Assembly (NCBI GenBank): GCA_020633295.1
Contig: JACKDW010000001.1
Span: forward strand, 1,149,828-1,213,827
Source: Myxococcales bacterium
GTDB taxonomy: Bacteria; Myxococcota_A; Polyangia; Nannocystales; Nannocystaceae
Length of the DNA: 64,000 nt
Direction of reading: 5' to 3'
Shown: positions 63,868 to 64,000 of the stretch, piece after piece
Numbering within the stretch: position 1 is the first letter of the stretch
Layout of the letters: each line of letters begins with the position of its first letter
Position numbers and translations under genes: made by a program
The notes under the pieces: generated by a model
What the model saw: the letters and a program-made list of their open reading frames with translations, nothing else
What the model was told of the DNA's origin: nothing
Databases searched by the model: none

Positions 63868-64000
63868 TGCCAAAGGGTTCGTTCCTCGGAGTTCTGGCTC
63901 TGGCCGCGCTCGTCAGCGTCGGCGGGTGCAAAGACAACAACGGTCAGCAGACCAACCCGCCAGACCAGACGGCCAACGCTGGCAACACCGGGCAGCCGGA
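63868..64000 (+). CDS. Lipoprotein, 3'-truncated by window edge
   Basis: ATG then MPKGSFLGVLALAALVSVGGCKDNNG lipobox. Frame stays open to the window end. Confidence 0.45.

Overview
This 64-kb window is chromosomal DNA with about 70% GC. Many long all-frame ORFs are therefore Arg/Ala-rich antisense artefacts. The ORF track also prints GTG/TTG starts as M, for example at 27569-27571. Gene content points to a myxobacterium (Sorangiineae/Nannocystineae-like). Evidence: Myxococcus-type cysteine-rich repeats, MopE-like Cys/Asp repeats, PEGA domains, a eukaryotic-like Ser/Thr kinase, and many lipobox lipoproteins. I found no transposase, integrase, CRISPR array or rRNA/tRNA gene. I support about 50 protein genes, including housekeeping, peptidase, secreted and regulatory functions. 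The housekeeping set: MMPL/RND transporter, amidase, NADAR, UvrD helicase, GST, TsaE, MTAP, PfkB kinase, GGT, AhcY, AsnB, ThpR and endonuclease III. The peptidases: DPP-IV (S9B), an S9 acylaminoacyl-peptidase-like enzyme, a two-copy M16, an M20 and an M1-like lipoprotein. A dense set of secreted repeat-containing lipoproteins includes a C-type lectin, three (GD)n-repeat lipoproteins, an RCC1-repeat protein, two tandem vWA proteins and a Cys-rich protein. The regulators are a LysR regulator, a RegB/RegA-type redox two-component pair, a class III adenylate cyclase and a Ser/Thr kinase. Non-coding calls: an SAH riboswitch upstream of ahcY, several GC-rich hairpin terminators, three 12-bp-unit tandem repeats, a CT-only tract of about 85 nt, and AT-rich promoter islands with direct repeats. 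The most interesting candidates for an undescribed system are three. (i) A RegB/RegA module flanked by a His/Asp-rich Cys lipoprotein and a divergent diheme CxxCH cytochrome plus small beta-barrel OMP operon. (ii) An FGE-like lipoprotein, Ser/Thr kinase and PEGA membrane-protein operon. (iii) The cluster of vWA, RCC1, propeller and GD-repeat lipoproteins between 39.5 and 46.0 kb. A small histone-fold gene sits in a low-GC island.
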